From Camelus ferus (Eukaryota): DNA of 64,000 nt. The notes under the pieces were generated by a model. The model was given only the letters and a program-made list of their open reading frames with translations. It ran no database searches and had not been told where the DNA came from. Location: contig NC_045697.1 of assembly GCF_009834535.1 (NCBI RefSeq), positions 112,160,001 through 112,224,000 on the forward strand, given 5' to 3'. The position numbers and the translations under genes are program-made. Shown in pieces: positions 60,851 through 64,000 of the stretch. How positions within the stretch are numbered: the stretch's first letter is position 1; each line of letters opens with the position of its first letter.

Positions 60851-61669
60851 CATAGGACTCCACCAGTACACACGATAGAATATTTGATTGGGAAACATAA
60901 TGACAGAGTTGCATGATGCCAGACATGTTTTAAAAGGACTGGCATGTAATTAATCAAAATAGAATAATTTGTTACATAATATTTGTATGTGTGAATACAA
61001 AATATTAATTATTCCAATGGGATACAGTGAGAGGAAAGATCTTGCAGTGATGTTTAGATTTCTTGCTTGAAACTTTGGATGAATGGTGGAATTGTTTATC
61101 AAGAAAAGGATTACAGAAGGGAGAGGAGGAAGAAAGAAGGGCTGCAGATGTAGTTAAGAAAAGGAAGATGCATGAGGTTCATTCTTAAAGGTTAAAATTG
61201 CTCTTTTATTATACTCTAGTTGGGTTATTCTAGTTCTCAAAGGATTCAAAGTTAATACCTTTCTAAAGTTGCAGTACTAACAACTTATTTGGAAAGAGGG
61301 GCAGAGTACAGGGACATAGTGGAATATAATAATTTTATAGCTCGTCATCACTTACTGATGATGAAGTAAGAAAGGATCCCACTGATCAGGACAACTACGG
61401 AGAAAACTCTCTAGCTTAGGTATACGGCTTCAGGGTCTCAGGTTCCTGGCAACAACTCTGGAGAGCTTACTAATGTGATATCAGGAAACTAAACTATGAT
61501 TTTACAACATTGGCAGTTCTCTTAGGCTCAGCAGTGTGCCAAAAAATGGTATATTGGTTGCACCAAATAAATTTTTCCTCTTCATTATTTTGAAGCTATT
61601 TTATTGACATTATGACTCTGGACCTTAAAAGCACTGGTTCCCTTTTTTTTTTTTTTTCTTCTTGATATT

Positions 61670-62240
61670 ATAAATTACTCTTTAATGAACATCTTTGCAG
61701 ATGTTTCCCATATTTTTCAGGTTATTTCTCTATAGTAAATTTTTAAAAAATCAAATTACTACCTCAAAGTCTATGGGAAATCTTAAAGCATTTGGCATGT
61801 ATTACAAGTCATAAAAATATTACTTGATACTTGAAAAATTGTATCTCAGTTTTTAACTTTGAACTTCAGACTTGAATTTTCACACTTTTTTTGCTACTGG
61901 CATTCCTTTTTTTGTGATTTTTTTTTTTTTTTTGTCTCTTTCCTTCTCATCTGCTGAGGTCTTAGCACTGTTTATTGATTTGTATGCTCTCTCTATATGT
62001 TTAATATGCCAACAATTTGTTGCAAATGTTTAAGACAGTTTATTAAACTTTAAATTTTTGATACTCAAGAAATTTTGTTATTTAATAAAATATGTTACTC
62101 TTTCAAGGTTTTTATTTCCTTTATTGCTTATAGCTTAGAAATTCCTTTTCTACTGAGATAAATGTCTATCAACATACTCTTGTTCATTTAATTTTATTTT
62201 TACAATGTTTAACACAAATCCTTCCAGACTTATTTTGGTT
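61670..62240 (-). mobile_element. Ancient L1ME-type fragment
   Basis: taatgaacatctttg..ttattgatttgtatgctctctctatatgtt..tttgttgcaaatgttt. Confidence 0.5.
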
Positions 62241-62254
62241 CATAAACCAAATAG

Positions 62255-62430
62255 AGCAAGTGATTTAACCTCTTTGTGCATCAGGTTTCTCTTTTATAAA
62301 AATGGGAATAATAATGGTACATACTTCAGAAGTTTGTTTTGAGGTTTAATTAAGTTAATTACATAATGAGCTTGAAGCAGAACTTAACATTTAGTAGGTA
62401 TTCAATAAATATTAACCATCATTATTTATA
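62255..62430 (+). mobile_element. MIR
   Basis: gcaagtgatttaacctctttgtgcatcaggtttctcttttataaaaatgggaataataatggtac. Confidence 0.85.
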
Positions 62431-62431
62431 A

Positions 62432-62710
62432 CTATTTGTCTAAATTCTAAAATCTAGAAATCTCTGAATATTGAAAAAAAATTTTGTGACTTATTTGCAC
62501 AATGTGACTTGAACAGACTTGGCTGCTTTTATCACGAATGGTGTGAACTTTGTATATTATGCTGCTGTGTTTGATTTCAGGGTGCTGACTCGAACCCCTT
62601 TGGAGATATAACACAAAATACATTATATAGCAAATATTTTCTCTCTTATAGGATAAATGAATAAAAAGCTTTAGAATGCAATTAGTCTCCGAATCCAGGA
62701 TTTGGTGCTA
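62432..62710 (-). mobile_element. MER96B-like DNA transposon
   Basis: aattctaaaatctagaaatctctgaa..tgacttgaacagactt..tgtgtttgatttcagggtgctg..aaccccttt. Confidence 0.6.
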
Positions 62711-63384
62711 TATTAGTTATTCATCAGCTGCTAAATGCCAGGCATCATCTTAGGTATTATATATATATATACATATATATTCTGTAATTTTAGTTAACCA
62801 TCTTGATGACTCAGTCATACACTCACTCATTCAACCAACAATCTCCAAGTTCTGTTCAGGATGTTTGGATATATCATTAATAAAGCAGAGCAATTTCTCC
62901 CTCCTTTTTTGAGATAGCTGTTGTATTTCTTTGAGACTGTATCACCAATTATTGTTATAATTAATAACTTTTAAGAAGTGGTAAGAAATAACACTGTATT
63001 AAAATTACTCTAGAGTTGTACACACCTTGATTTCAGAAACATTGCAATAAATTAAGAAAAAAACTTAGTTGTATTTTACAGGACAAAGTGAGGTCCAGAG
63101 AGATGAAGATATTAATCAAGGAATAGTGAATGCCAAAACTGGAGTTAGAACCTTTTCGAAGGCCAGCCTCTTTTCACTGCTCCATTTTTACATCTGTTGG
63201 AAAGAGCCCCAACAGAATACATCTTCCTTTTCCCCCTTCTCCTCTTCTTTCTCTCCCTTCCTGACCTAGTCACCAAAATCAACCAAACATAATTGACTGT
63301 TCCTTTTATCTGTACGAGATACAGCTCAGGAGACCCCATTTAGATCTGTTACAATTATTACTATCTTTGTATCACACTTCCACT

Positions 63385-63550
63385 CTCTTTTCTCATAAAA
63401 TCTTCTCAAGTAAGACAGAGGTCATTAACTTCCTTTCTCAAATGAGAAAGATAAAGTGGCTAGGTTAAATGAATTGCTTAAGCCATAAAATACATCACTA
63501 GGAGAGTCAGGTCCAGAAGCAAGGTTGTAGCACTTTGAGTCCTTTCCATA
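63385..63550 (-). mobile_element. MIR
   Basis: aaatgagaaagataaag..ggttaaatgaattgcttaag..cactaggagagtcagg. Confidence 0.55.
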
Positions 63551-64000
63551 TGGCTCTTGCTGTAGTTTGGGAATTAAAGTAGACTTCAAAAATCATGAAT
63601 GCTTATTGGAGTCTTTCCTTAGTAAATATGTTTTATCAGCATTTTTCTCTCATAATAGTTAAAAAAATGTAGTCTTAGAAAAGTAGTCTGCTATAAGATT
63701 AAGAACTATGATTCAAAAATCAGAGAACTATCTCCCTGTGTGTGAATATTCTTTTCTGTGTTGTTCTTAATTCCATGCCTGTACAGGGGATCAGCAAAGG
63801 TAATTGAAGAAATTTGAAGATATATACATGATCACAAGATCTGGGTGGAAATATTGAAGGCAGATCACTGATGTTACTATAACAGCTGAATATCATGAGC
63901 ATTTGACTAAGAAAAATTCCCACTTAATATGATGAGGAATTGACATATGTTTAGGAAAACCAGCATCTCTATTTTCAGAATACTTTAATTTTAGGAGACA

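Noticed and set aside
1..64000. CRISPR array, operon or other prokaryotic-type system
   Set aside because: The sequence is CpG-depleted mammalian DNA with no regularly spaced repeat-spacer array and no dense long ORFs

Overview
AT-rich mammalian genomic DNA, very likely from a camelid (alpaca/llama/camel), judged from a tRNA-Ala-derived Vic-1-type SINE at ~40.0 kb and repeated related short L1 3' ends. No protein-coding gene, RNA gene or CRISPR array can be supported. The ORFs in the track are short and are decayed L1 ORF2 fragments, antisense or chance ORFs, or span the 100-N gap at 48441-48540. Much of the window is transposon-derived (L1, L2, MIR, ERV1/ERVL/MaLR LTRs, MER58A, Kanga1, Tigger1, MER96B). 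Family names come from recalled consensus sequences, and most boundaries without target-site duplications (TSDs) are approximate. I found no convincing new biological system. The most interesting structures are: (1) a TSD-bounded L1 (35.9-39.8 kb) whose 5' UTR is joined directly to mid-ORF2 at an AG|G junction, possibly a retrotransposed spliced L1 RNA, later invaded by nested Tigger1 and L1 copies; (2) eight ERV1-class LTRs in 12.4 kb, including one inserted within 6 bp of the end of another; (3) two opposite-strand L1 pieces that abut in ORF2 coordinates, like an inversion or twin-priming product; (4) a MER34-like 5' LTR with a tRNA-Ser-like primer-binding site (PBS) and leader; (5) repeat-poor islands with candidate exons and regulatory motifs.
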